From Candidatus Heimdallarchaeota archaeon (GTDB taxonomy: Archaea; Asgardarchaeota; Heimdallarchaeia; JABLTI01): a DNA stretch of 10,005 nucleotides. Position numbers and translations under genes: made by a program. Positions 1-8,660 of the stretch are shown here, in pieces. The notes under the pieces are model-generated. The model worked only from the letters and a program-made list of their open reading frames with translations, made no database searches and was not told where the DNA came from. The DNA is taken from assembly GCA_019058275.1 (NCBI GenBank), contig JAHLVW010000060.1, positions 1 to 10,005 of the forward strand, given 5' to 3'. Position 1 is the first letter of the stretch. Each line of letters begins with the position of its first letter.

Positions 1-54
1 AATAATGATAGTATAAACATTTTCTTATAAATTTACAAAGATAAAAAGAAAAAT

Positions 55-77
55 AAAGTTCCTGTGAAAGGAACTTT
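55..77 (-). terminator. Intrinsic terminator-like hairpin downstream of the MFS gene
   Basis: Perfect 9-bp inverted repeat AAAGTTCCT-gtgaa-AGGAACTTT (55-63/69-77), about 10 nt after the stop at 87. It is followed on the minus strand by T-rich ATTTTTCTTTTT. Confidence 0.7.
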
Positions 78-86
78 TTATATCTA

Positions 87-1575
87 TTATTGGGGAGTTT
101 CTTCTACCTCTTGTAATGCTTCTCCTTCTTTGATTAAGGTACCTTTTGGTTTTACAAAATTAATTATGATTAATCCAATGCCCATAATTATACCAGCAAC
201 AAGCATAGCATAAGCATATGCCTTGTGAGGATAAAATCCATCAGATCCGAAAATTCGTTCAGCAATCCAAGTGAAAAGAAAGAATGTTGCGGTCCATAGT
301 AAAGGTCCGAGTGAAGCAGAAACCTTGCCACTAAGCTTGGAGAACCCAAAGTATTCGCCAAATTTCTCTTTCGGAGCAAGTTCAGTGACCATTGCACGCT
401 GAGCAACCCAAGTACCACCTAAAGCGGGTCCAGCTATAACACCCATTACTAGTACCATTATAAAGCTGAAATTAAAACCAACTTCAATAGGAGCAGCATA
501 GAATATCAAAAAGATTCCGATAATAATAGCAATACCCCAAAGACCGCCAACAACAAAGAAAGCGATTTTACCACCATATTTTGTCGCTAGCATACCTACA
601 AAGTAAGTGAAAATAACTGCTGAAACTGTTGCGATAATAATAAAGATATAACTGAAACTTGACTCCATTAGCAAACCATCTCTTACTATAAGAAACATTT
701 TTGCAACAATAATATTGGCAACATCGACAACCAAGAAGTAACCCAAAATAAATTTGAACATCTCTTTATGCTGTCTTATATCCCTAAATGTTTGACCTAC
801 TTGTCTAAAGGATTGCTTTATTATTTGACCAACAGGTGGCCTTATACCTTTCTTCTGTCTTTCATTGACAAAAATGAAAGGAATAGCGCAAGCAGCAAAT
901 AGGGCCATAGCAATAACAAAGGTCCAAGGATTCTCATAATAACCATAATCTACCTGCTCTAATGGAGTCTCTTAACTAACAGGCGTACCCGAGAATGATT
1001 GTAAGGCAAGCATTACACCCATACCTATCAAAGTGCCAAAATAACCAAATGCAACACCAAATCCACCAACTTTACCAACATCCTTCGGATTGGCTATAAA
1101 GGCTAACATTGCATCATAGAAAGATAAACTCCACTGATAAGCAATATTTGCTATTACATAGAAAATTAGAACCATAGTAAGACTATGATAGATACCTAAT
1201 AAGCTAGCAAAAAGCAAAATTATACCTATAAGAACAAGCACAAATGGTTTTCTTTTACCGGTAGTATCACTTAATGCACCCATTATTGGCATACCTATAG
1301 CAACAACAACTTGCATAACAGCAAAAACAATGTTATAAACAGCATCAGCTTGATTATAATTCATTTGAAGTTCCTGTTGTCCAATAATCAAAACATACTG
1401 GTTAATAATCAATGAGACAATTGACCATCGAGTAAATAGTATTAGCAAGGTCATACATTGACCATTTGAATACATTCCAAAAAGAGGTTTTAGTCTCGAT
1501 TTCTATGTCATCACTGTTTTTGGATAATTCCAGTTTTATCTCACTATCTCCTGGAATTTTTTCTTCAACAGACAT
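87..1575 (-). pseudogene. MFS transporter, UMF1/Atg22-like family, interrupted by one frameshift and one in-frame stop
   Basis: ATG at 1575 opens MSVEEKIPG...FWNVFKWSMYDLANTIYSMV, which carries the family's W-x-x-YD-x-AN motif. An extra base at ~1421 shifts the frame. Removing it joins IVSLIINQY... of ORF 972-1475, which has MFS motif A (GALSDTTGKRK). TAA at 972-974 is in frame with ORF 87-908, and the intervening codons (ETPLEQVDYGYYENPWTFVIA) are open. The C-terminal half has the typical RAMVTELAP..GEYFGF..LSGKVSASLGP stretch. Confidence 0.88.
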
Positions 1576-1633
1576 AGTTAAATTGATATTTTAAAAATTT
1601 AAAACTATTTCCCAGAATTAATGTTGAATTATC

Positions 1634-2314
1634 CTAAGAAATAATCAAGCCATCATGCATCTTAATAATTCTATCACAAAGAGAACCAATCAATTCAGAA
1701 TGTGTGACCAAAACAAAGGTTTGGCCAAGATCTTCATTTAGTCTTCTAAATAATTTCATAATATCTCGAGATATTACACTTGACAAATCCCCAGTTGGTT
1801 CATCAGCAAGAATAATTTTTGGATTAGTAATCAAAGACCTTGCAATAGCTACCCTTTGTCTATGTCCACCAGACATTTCATTAGGTCTATTATATAATCG
1901 ACTACTAAGACCAACTTCCCTTAAAATAACTTTAGCTTTTTCCTCAGCTTCCTTGTTTGGTTCACCCATAAGTAAAAGTGGTAGTGTTACATTTTCAACA
2001 GCAGTTAAAACATCAAAAAGATTGAAAAATTGGAAAATGAAGCTTAAATTCTGTTTTCTAAATTCAGTAATCTCGTGATCAGTGTATCCAGTAATTTCCT
2101 GATCATTGATCCAAACACATCCTGATGTTGGTTTATCTAATCCACCAATCATATTTAGCAAAGTGGTTTTCCCACAACCAGAGGGTCCCATAATTGCGAC
2201 AATCTCACCTTTGTTTATTTCTAGATTTATACCTCTTAAAGCATGTACCTCCAACGGAGTATCTTGTGCGAAAATCTTAACCAATTCATCAGTTTTCAAG
2301 ATAGGTTTTGCCAA
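1634..2314 (-). CDS. ABC transporter ATP-binding protein, LolD/MacB/FtsE family
   Basis: Walker A GPSGCGKTT, FIFQFFNL Q-loop, signature MSGGHRQRV, Walker B ILADEPTG, H-loop VTH. TTG start with GGTGA ribosome-binding site at 2321-2325. Confidence 0.95.
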   Translation of the reverse strand: MAKPILKTDELVKIFAQDTPLEVHALRGINLEINKGEIVAIMGPSGCGKTTLLNMIGGLDKPTSGCVWINDQEITGYTDHEITEFRKQNLSFIFQFFNLFDVLTAVENVTLPLLLMGEPNKEAEEKAKVILREVGLSSRLYNRPNEMSGGHRQRVAIARSLITNPKIILADEPTGDLSSVISRDIMKLFRRLNEDLGQTFVLVTHSELIGSLCDRIIKMHDGLIIS

Positions 2315-2405
2315 GAGATGTCACCGGAGTATTAGTAAATTGAATTAATCAAGTATTTGTTGGTTAACTCGATTATTAGAAGTTTATTATATCAGTAAAA
2401 GCAAA

Positions 2406-2441
2406 TGGTGCGGGGGACGCGATTCGAACACACGAACTCCT
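2406..2441 (-). repeat. Partial tRNA-Leu 3'-end copy (att-like direct repeat)
   Basis: tggtgcgggggacgcgattcgaacacacgaactcct matches 8493-8528 at 34/36 positions in the same orientation. It covers part of the variable arm, the T arm, the acceptor 3' strand and CCA. Confidence 0.93.
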
Positions 2442-2455
2442 TTAAAACTAGGACA

Positions 2456-4117
2456 TTAATTATGTTTAGGAGTTATAACAAATCCATCACTTTTTATTTT
2501 TCCATCTTCAAGAACTATTGCTCTGTATCCATCTTTAATCAAGTTAATATCATGAGTAGCAATTAAGAATGTAATATTTGTTTTAGAGTGTAAATCATAT
2601 ATCTTTTGGATTACTTCTTCTGCAAGCTCTGAATCCAAATTTGCAGTAGGTTCATCTATTATCATAATTTGGGGTAAATGACTTGAAGATATTGCGAGGG
2701 AAGCCCTCTGCAGTTCACCTCCTGAAATTTCTAGAGGATATGAATCCTTCTTATGAATAATATTGAATCTCCCGAGATATTCATTCACATTTGGACTATC
2801 AATATCTTTTATTACTTTTCCTGAGAAGAAATCCTTAAGAAAGAAACATTCAGTGATTGTTAGATACGGATGTAGAATGCCTTGTTGGGGAACCAATCCT
2901 ATTTTTTGTTTACGGAACAATGATTTTTGAGTATTTGAAAAGTTACTAAAAATATTATCTAATATTCGAATCGTGCCTGAAGTTTCATCATTTAGTCCCG
3001 ATAATAATTTAACTAGAGTAGTTTTGCCAGACCCACTTGGACCTAAAATGAATACTAATTCACCTTTTTTAATTTGAAGATTGATATTGGATAAAGCATT
3101 TACAACATTTTTATTGTCATAATATATTTTTGATATATTATCTAATTTAATGATGATATCAGATTGCTCAAAATAAGTAGAAGGCAAATTATCGATTGTA
3201 ATTTCTTTTCTAATAACTTTAATTCTATCTAATTTAGGTATTTTAGGAGATAAACCATTAGGATGAGTAATAGCTACTTCACCTTTTTTTGTTACCGTTA
3301 CTTCTGCGTTTCTTGTTAGATTTAGAATATTCATAATGTAATCCGGCAAATGAATACTATTTGTCGAATCAATTTGTAATTTAAACCTTAATGGAAACTG
3401 CTTTTTGTGACCATAAGCTAATTGATCAGTTACATCTAATATCGAAGAAACACGACCGTTCTTAATTTCACATGTTTTATCTACACCATCTTGGAATCGA
3501 GGGTCATGTGTAACTACTATAATTGTTGTGCCAAATTCAGTAGCAATTTCCTTTAATAGAGTTTTTACTTTAAAAGTATTGATGCTATCTAATTGACCAG
3601 TTGGTTCATCACATAATAATAATGGAGCTTCTTTTATTAGAGCACAAGCTATAGCAGCACGAATCAATTCTCCACCAGAAAAACCTCTTACTACACGATT
3701 TTTCAAATGAGTTATTCCCAATCTTTCTAATATATATTGATCATTTACTTTTGACTCAGTGCGAGAATTTCTTTTAACATTTGATGCAAATTTTAAATTA
3801 TCATTAAGATTCCCATCGAGAAATAGAGTTCGTTCTGGAAATTGATCTATTATTCCAATCATTTCCAGTCTATAAGAATTTAATTCTTTTAAAGACATAT
3901 TTGATAAATTATAATCTCCAACTTTTACTTCTCCACTAGAACATACATCCAATCCAGCAAGAATGTTAATAAGTGTAGTTTTTCCAGACCCAGAAGGGCC
4001 AACTATAGACAAAATTTCTCCTTCATTCACACTTAAGTCACATCCTCGCAAAGCAGGAACTCGTAAATTTATTTCTTCATCGAGGTATATTTTAATAATA
4101 TCTTTACATTCAATCAA
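2456..4117 (-). CDS. Tandem (two-NBD) LolD/MacB-type ABC ATPase with central AbrB/SpoVT-like segment
   Basis: NBD1: GPSGSGKTT, FSGGE, LLLCDEPTG, VTHD. NBD2: GPSGSGKTT, ISGGELQR, MIIDEPTA, ATHD. TTG start, with GGAGTGA at 4124-4130 overlapping the permease stop, which suggests translational coupling. Confidence 0.93.
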   Translation of the reverse strand: MIECKDIIKIYLDEEINLRVPALRGCDLSVNEGEILSIVGPSGSGKTTLINILAGLDVCSSGEVKVGDYNLSNMSLKELNSYRLEMIGIIDQFPERTLFLDGNLNDNLKFASNVKRNSRTESKVNDQYILERLGITHLKNRVVRGFSGGELIRAAIACALIKEAPLLLCDEPTGQLDSINTFKVKTLLKEIATEFGTTIIVVTHDPRFQDGVDKTCEIKNGRVSSILDVTDQLAYGHKKQFPLRFKLQIDSTNSIHLPDYIMNILNLTRNAEVTVTKKGEVAITHPNGLSPKIPKLDRIKVIRKEITIDNLPSTYFEQSDIIIKLDNISKIYYDNKNVVNALSNINLQIKKGELVFILGPSGSGKTTLVKLLSGLNDETSGTIRILDNIFSNFSNTQKSLFRKQKIGLVPQQGILHPYLTITECFFLKDFFSGKVIKDIDSPNVNEYLGRFNIIHKKDSYPLEISGGELQRASLAISSSHLPQIMIIDEPTANLDSELAEEVIQKIYDLHSKTNITFLIATHDINLIKDGYRAIVLEDGKIKSDGFVITPKHN

Positions 4118-4123
4118 AATTTC

Positions 4124-6988
4124 TCACTCCTGACGCACTGGTTTATATTTGTGGAATTGATTCCACATTTCAAGTAACCAACCACTTATAAAACATACAA
4201 GACATAAGAGAATTATTAATACCATAAACCAAATTGGTAACCACGGTACAAATCTTTTGTATACTTGTGGAATATCAAAGAGATAGTCATATAAATTATG
4301 TAATAAAATTGCAGATATAAGAATTGAAATGAGTAATGGAATTATTGATATTAAAATTATTTCAATTGAAAAATTTAACCAAATTTGATGTTTTTTAGCA
4401 CCAATATTATAATCAGATTCAATGATTCGTGTTCTTTGTTTGTAAATATTTCTTGCAGCAAGAAAGCCATAAAAGATAAGTAATAATAAAGAAATAATTG
4501 TGATTATTATAAGAAAATTAATTGAAAAATTATTCAATTCTGATTTTAAGGCATTTAATTCATCTTTGTAAATTGAAACACGTAATATATAAGGTAGGTT
4601 TTCAATTTCTTCAATAAGTAACGATATGTTATAATGAGGAACTGTTTTTACTAAGATGTAAGTGTTGTTATTAACTGATGTAAGCTCATTAAACTTATAC
4701 TTCAATTGAGAATAGGTTAAATTACTCATTACTAAATTATATTTTTCTATAAGAAACCTATCAAGGAAGTTAGGTAATTTATATGGCAATAGTGGAAAGC
4801 AATCAAAATCATTTATAAATGTCATATTATAAGAAGCATAAGAAGAGGAAGTAATTTCAGAGCTTGAATAGATTTCACCTTTATTATAATTATTTTTCCG
4901 AGAATATTTAGAACTCATCATATAAGTCATATTTGTATCAAGTGCAGAAATGTCACTTAATGTATATCCACATGAATCAGGAATTTTAGCTGATATTATA
5001 CCTATAAATTCTGAAACATTATTTATATTTAATATATTTACTTCGAAAGTTTTATCATTAGATGCTCTTACTGTACCAAGTTCCCTAAGTTCAATTACAT
5101 CAACTTTCGTAATTTTTTCTACACCACTAAGTGTTGAGATATTTTCCATTAATATTGTGTTATTATCAGCCCAACTTTGAACAAGTATGTCTGAAAATCC
5201 TACTTTAAGATTTGATTCCATTTCCAAATGATTATTTAATGATTTCACTAATATTAAACCCGGTGAAACGCAGAGACAAATGAGTGTCATTGCGAAAATA
5301 GTTCTTTTATATTCATCACCATAAACAGACATTTGTTTTAATGCTAATGTAATATAACTTTTCCTTTGTTTCCATATATTTTTTCCAATATAACGCCATA
5401 ATAATAAAAATAATCTTGATAGAAGAAGAAATAGCGAAGCAAGTACTAGCAAAATTCCTGCCACCATAAGAAATACACAGATACTCATAAGTGATAAAAT
5501 AGCTAAGATAAGATAATAAGAATTGGGGATAAACCTCCAACCTAGAAAACCAATAATAAATAGAATAATTCCAGATAAAATTAGAAGTGATTCAGCAGAA
5601 GTAAATAGTTTTCCAATGACTTTTTTACGTTTAGTTTTATATAGTTCGGAAGTAAGTTGTAATGTTCTTCTTGCAAGAAGTGTTTCAGTAATAAAACCCC
5701 CAATTAAAATAAATACAAATAATGTAATTATGGTAATATAGAAAGCTGGTTCTAAATGTGCATTAAAATAAGATTCTTTGCTAATAATATCAAGTCCAAA
5801 TGATGATATTAGAAAACCAATTAGTGTACCAAGGATTATACCAATTACTGCTCCAATAGATGTTGTAATTAGATTTTCAGTGAATACAATTTTCCGTAAA
5901 GTACCAAACTCTAAACCATATGTTTTGAAAAGCTTGAACTGGTTGCTTTTTTCGAAATTACCAATATTAAACAACTCTCTTATAAGCAGACTAAACAATA
6001 AGAAAATAGGTACTCCTAGAACAAAAATATTGAAAGTTTGAGAAATCCAATTAGCTTGAAAGGAAATTACAAAATAATCAAAATCATAACAAAAAGAAGT
6101 AGTTTTAGGTAAATATTCAAAATCTTGATTTGATTGGATTATATCTAATTCATTAGTTAAGGATAGAAGATTATTTAATTCTTTAATATCAAATTCATAA
6201 TTAAAATCAACATTTAATGTCAATCCACCAGTTGTACTAAAAGGATAGTTTAACATTATGTCAGAAAAATCATGAGAATTAATGAAGAACAAATCTATTT
6301 TATATTGATCAAATTCTTGTTGATCTATACGAAAATGTTGAAAGATATCATTTGAAAACCCATTTTGATATAAATTATATGAAAAACTGTCAATAATACC
6401 TACAATTGTGAAATTATTAACGTAGGATATTTCATCTCTTGTGATTTGTAAGCCAAGTTTATCACCTAGTTGGTATACTGGAGATGTTAAATCATTAGAA
6501 TAATAAAGTAACTCCGATTCATTATTAGGTAATCTTCCGTCTATCAAACTATTTGCTAGGACATTATATACTTCCTGCTGTAAAGTTAATAGACTTGCAT
6601 CATATGTTTGATTTAATGGATAATTTAAAGATTCCATTTCATAATACATCGATGTAGTATAATTATCAAATATTTTAGAAGCGAGAGTGTCTAATGTGGA
6701 ATGAATTTCATTAATAGCTAAATCGAGAAATGAGTTAGGATTATCTTTTAAATCAAAAATACTACTATAGATAATACTGATTTGATTATCATTATACCAT
6801 TCATATGTCGATTCATGATTCTGGAATGATTTGTATCGATAATTAAACCAAGTTAAGAGAAAGGTTGACAATAAAGTGAACAATATAACACTGATTATAA
6901 CAGATGTTATTAATCTCTTCTTACTTGTTTTTAGGAAGACACCTTGTAATGATTTATATTTCTCATTTTCTCTTTTTTTCTCGCTCAT
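4124..6988 (-). CDS. Large FtsX/MacB-like ABC transporter permease (internally duplicated architecture)
   Basis: 954 aa. N-terminal TM helix, then a large polar domain with GRLP...ELL and FTIVGII motifs, then a TM bundle with the FtsX-like loop FKLFKTYGL..GTLRKIVFTE. A second polar domain and TM bundle follow (YNIGAKKHQIWLNFSIE). Lies 6 nt upstream of the ATPase. Confidence 0.88.
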   Translation of the reverse strand: MSEKKRENEKYKSLQGVFLKTSKKRLITSVIISVILFTLLSTFLLTWFNYRYKSFQNHESTYEWYNDNQISIIYSSIFDLKDNPNSFLDLAINEIHSTLDTLASKIFDNYTTSMYYEMESLNYPLNQTYDASLLTLQQEVYNVLANSLIDGRLPNNESELLYYSNDLTSPVYQLGDKLGLQITRDEISYVNNFTIVGIIDSFSYNLYQNGFSNDIFQHFRIDQQEFDQYKIDLFFINSHDFSDIMLNYPFSTTGGLTLNVDFNYEFDIKELNNLLSLTNELDIIQSNQDFEYLPKTTSFCYDFDYFVISFQANWISQTFNIFVLGVPIFLLFSLLIRELFNIGNFEKSNQFKLFKTYGLEFGTLRKIVFTENLITTSIGAVIGIILGTLIGFLISSFGLDIISKESYFNAHLEPAFYITIITLFVFILIGGFITETLLARRTLQLTSELYKTKRKKVIGKLFTSAESLLILSGIILFIIGFLGWRFIPNSYYLILAILSLMSICVFLMVAGILLVLASLFLLLSRLFLLLWRYIGKNIWKQRKSYITLALKQMSVYGDEYKRTIFAMTLICLCVSPGLILVKSLNNHLEMESNLKVGFSDILVQSWADNNTILMENISTLSGVEKITKVDVIELRELGTVRASNDKTFEVNILNINNVSEFIGIISAKIPDSCGYTLSDISALDTNMTYMMSSKYSRKNNYNKGEIYSSSEITSSSYASYNMTFINDFDCFPLLPYKLPNFLDRFLIEKYNLVMSNLTYSQLKYKFNELTSVNNNTYILVKTVPHYNISLLIEEIENLPYILRVSIYKDELNALKSELNNFSINFLIIITIISLLLLIFYGFLAARNIYKQRTRIIESDYNIGAKKHQIWLNFSIEIILISIIPLLISILISAILLHNLYDYLFDIPQVYKRFVPWLPIWFMVLIILLCLVCFISGWLLEMWNQFHKYKPVRQE

Positions 6989-7027
6989 AATATCCCATTC
7001 AATTCATTAAAAACATATATCAATTAA

Positions 7028-7035
7028 TATTTAAA
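7028..7035 (-). promoter_or_regulatory. Possible archaeal TATA box for the permease-ATPase operon
   Basis: TTTAAATA on the minus strand, about 40 nt upstream of the ATG at 6988. The AT-rich context lowers certainty. Confidence 0.4.
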
Positions 7036-7043
7036 TTTATTAG

Positions 7044-7075
7044 AAAAAAAAAACACTGATGAAATAATCAGTGTT
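7044..7075 (-). terminator. Hairpin plus oligo-T terminator after the peptidase gene
   Basis: AACACTGAT-gaaata-ATCAGTGTT (7052-7060/7067-7075) running into a 10-T tract on the minus strand (A10 at 7044-7053), about 16 nt after the stop. Confidence 0.78.
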
Positions 7076-7091
7076 GTTATTTCCTATGATT

Positions 7092-8321
7092 TTACAAATA
7101 GAATGATGATGAACCATCGCCATCATATTCTTGAGGTGTATCATCGCCACCATAAGGATAGTTAGCTAATGCGTAATCAAAGACTATTTCCATAGAATAT
7201 GATCTTGAACCGCTATAATGATTAATCCATGCATATTCTAAGAAATAGTATGTCCATAAACCATTGCTATATGTAGAGCTATCATACCCATAACCATCCT
7301 CGTTACAGGTTGTTGCTACATATATATAGTCTTCATTTGGCATGTCATCTAATGACGAGATAATTCCACCTGAGTTACATGAGTCGAAGAAGAAGAATAT
7401 ATCTACACCACTATCAAAGTCTTCGAAATCATCCTCTATTTCAGTTTCCTTGTATTTGCTACAATCTTGCATATATAGATATTGTTTTCCCCAGATGTTA
7501 GTACCACCATGTCCTGAAAAAATGAAGCACACCGTATCTCCTGAACCTACATCTGTAGCTAATGATTGTATAGCTGACCTAACGTTTGACTCAGTAGCTA
7601 ATCCATCATATTGAGGATAATTACTTACATGACCATCACCGTAAACTTCACAATCATATCTTAAATCATGAAGTTGATCATACCAATCTGAAGCATCTTC
7701 ATCACAATAATTTAAATCTGTACCACTTGCATAATCAGATATTCCGACAATAATTGCTTTCAGGGCTTTCATGTTCATGTTATGTCTACCAGTGGTTGAA
7801 ATTGATTTAGAGTAATCTCTGAAACCAAATTTTTGTGCTTTTACACTTGTTGGATGGTTAGAAATTTGTATATAGTAATAACCACTTGAAGAAGTTGTAG
7901 TAGAACCTAGAAGTATCGAATAACGATAAACTTTTACGGTAGCACCTGAGATAGCATCATTTTGTGAATCCTTTACATAACCATCTACATAGCCATATAA
8001 GTTAAAATTATTTGTACCTCCACCTGTAACTGTTTTGGTATCTGGCTCATATCCCGTTTTACTTGCAGATAAGTAATAAGGTGAATAACCAGATAAGCTC
8101 ACAGAAAGTGAGTAGTACCCAGTTGAACTTGTAGAAGTATATCCTAGTATATAACCCAAAGAATCTGAAATTAAAACTGTGGCTCCAGATATTGCATTGT
8201 TTGATTTATCTTTTACATAACCTGTAAAAGTCGTATTTCCTTGCACATTAATAATAGTCAATGTTCCAATAAAAAGAGGTAAAAGAACAAAGAAAACAAA
8301 TTTCTTTTTTTTATTTATCAA
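7092..8321 (-). CDS. Secreted caspase-family (metacaspase-like, clan CD/C14) peptidase with two carboxypeptidase-regulatory-like beta-sandwich repeats
   Basis: Signal peptide (KKKK, hydrophobic core, VQG). Two GYVKD..N.AISGATV repeats. Catalytic domain KAIIVGISDY...LNYCDEDA...FSGHG (His codon 7509-7511)...FFDSCNSGG (Cys codon 7377-7379). TTG start with AGGAG at 8331-8335. Confidence 0.9.
   Translation of the reverse strand: MINKKKKFVFFVLLPLFIGTLTIINVQGNTTFTGYVKDKSNNAISGATVLISDSLGYILGYTSTSSTGYYSLSVSLSGYSPYYLSASKTGYEPDTKTVTGGGTNNFNLYGYVDGYVKDSQNDAISGATVKVYRYSILLGSTTTSSSGYYYIQISNHPTSVKAQKFGFRDYSKSISTTGRHNMNMKALKAIIVGISDYASGTDLNYCDEDASDWYDQLHDLRYDCEVYGDGHVSNYPQYDGLATESNVRSAIQSLATDVGSGDTVCFIFSGHGGTNIWGKQYLYMQDCSKYKETEIEDDFEDFDSGVDIFFFFDSCNSGGIISSLDDMPNEDYIYVATTCNEDGYGYDSSTYSNGLWTYYFLEYAWINHYSGSRSYSMEIVFDYALANYPYGGDDTPQEYDGDGSSSFYL
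7770..8232 (-). repeat. Intragenic tandem domain duplication (~78 aa x 2)
   Basis: TGYVKDKSNNAISGATVLI...LGYTSTSSTGYY...ASKTGY aligns with DGYVKDSQNDAISGATVKV...LGSTTTSSSGYY...AQKFGF. Confidence 0.85.
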
Positions 8322-8384
8322 TTGAGATTTCTCCTATTTTCCCTTCAGTTCAAAAGAACCGTTAGACTAATACACACAAAAAGC

Positions 8385-8399
8385 CTTAAATACGTTTTG
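8385..8399 (-). promoter_or_regulatory. Putative BRE-TATA promoter of the peptidase gene
   Basis: Minus strand CAAAACG-TATTTAAG, about 65 nt upstream of the start codon. Confidence 0.5.
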
Positions 8400-8492
8400 A
8401 TATTATGTCGGAAAATATTCAACAAAAAATTTTTGTCTCGAAAATAGTTACAAGTGTTTTACTCATGAAAAGTATCATATAAAAGTAGAAAC

Positions 8493-8580
8493 TGGTGCGG
8501 GGGGCGCGATTCGAACACGCGAACTCCTACGAGATGAGGTCCTAAACCCCACGCCTTTGACCTAGCTGGGCAACCCCCGC
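8493..8580 (-). tRNA. trnL: tRNA-Leu (anticodon UAG), no intron, CCA encoded
   Basis: Acceptor stem GCGGGGG/CCCCCGC followed by A-CCA. D arm GCC...GGC. Anticodon stem TGGGG/CCTCA with loop TT-TAG-GA. Long variable arm CTCGTAGGAG. T arm GCGTG-TTCGAAT-CGCGC. Confidence 0.97.
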
Positions 8581-8610
8581 AGAATAATACAATTTTCTTT
8601 TCTTTTCTGT

Positions 8611-8618
8611 TTTATAAA
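8611..8618 (-). promoter_or_regulatory. TATA box of tRNA-Leu
   Basis: TTTATAAA 30 nt upstream of the mature tRNA 5' end. Confidence 0.6.
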
Positions 8619-8660
8619 TGCTTCCAAGATATAAAAAAATCATTTGTTGTCCAAAACTCT

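Larger units (their letters stand above)
2406..8528. mobile_element. Putative tRNA-Leu-integrated genomic island (~6.1 kb, no integrase inside)
   Basis: Bounded by direct repeats of the tRNA 3' end, with the intact tRNA at one side and the fragment at the other. This is the usual footprint of tyrosine-recombinase integration. The permease and ATPase cargo is visibly more AT-rich than the flanking MFS gene. Confidence 0.65.

Noticed and set aside
1-20. Possible minus-strand gene start (ATG at 20, MFILSL)
   Set aside because: Too little sequence before the window edge to support a call.
188-418. 76-aa alternative-frame ORF
   Set aside because: Lies inside the MFS coding region in another frame and has no recognisable motifs.
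1704-2348. Plus-strand ORFs 1704-2078 and 2106-2348
   Set aside because: Antisense shadows of the well-supported ABC ATPase.
4950-6041. Short ORFs 4950-5180, 5316-5540, 5523-5741 and 5778-6041
   Set aside because: Shadow or alternative frames of the permease gene.
7342-7614. 90-aa plus-strand ORF
   Set aside because: Antisense to the caspase catalytic domain.
8593-8607. (TTTTC)3 microrepeat upstream of the tRNA
   Set aside because: Low-complexity sequence expected by chance in AT-rich intergenic DNA.
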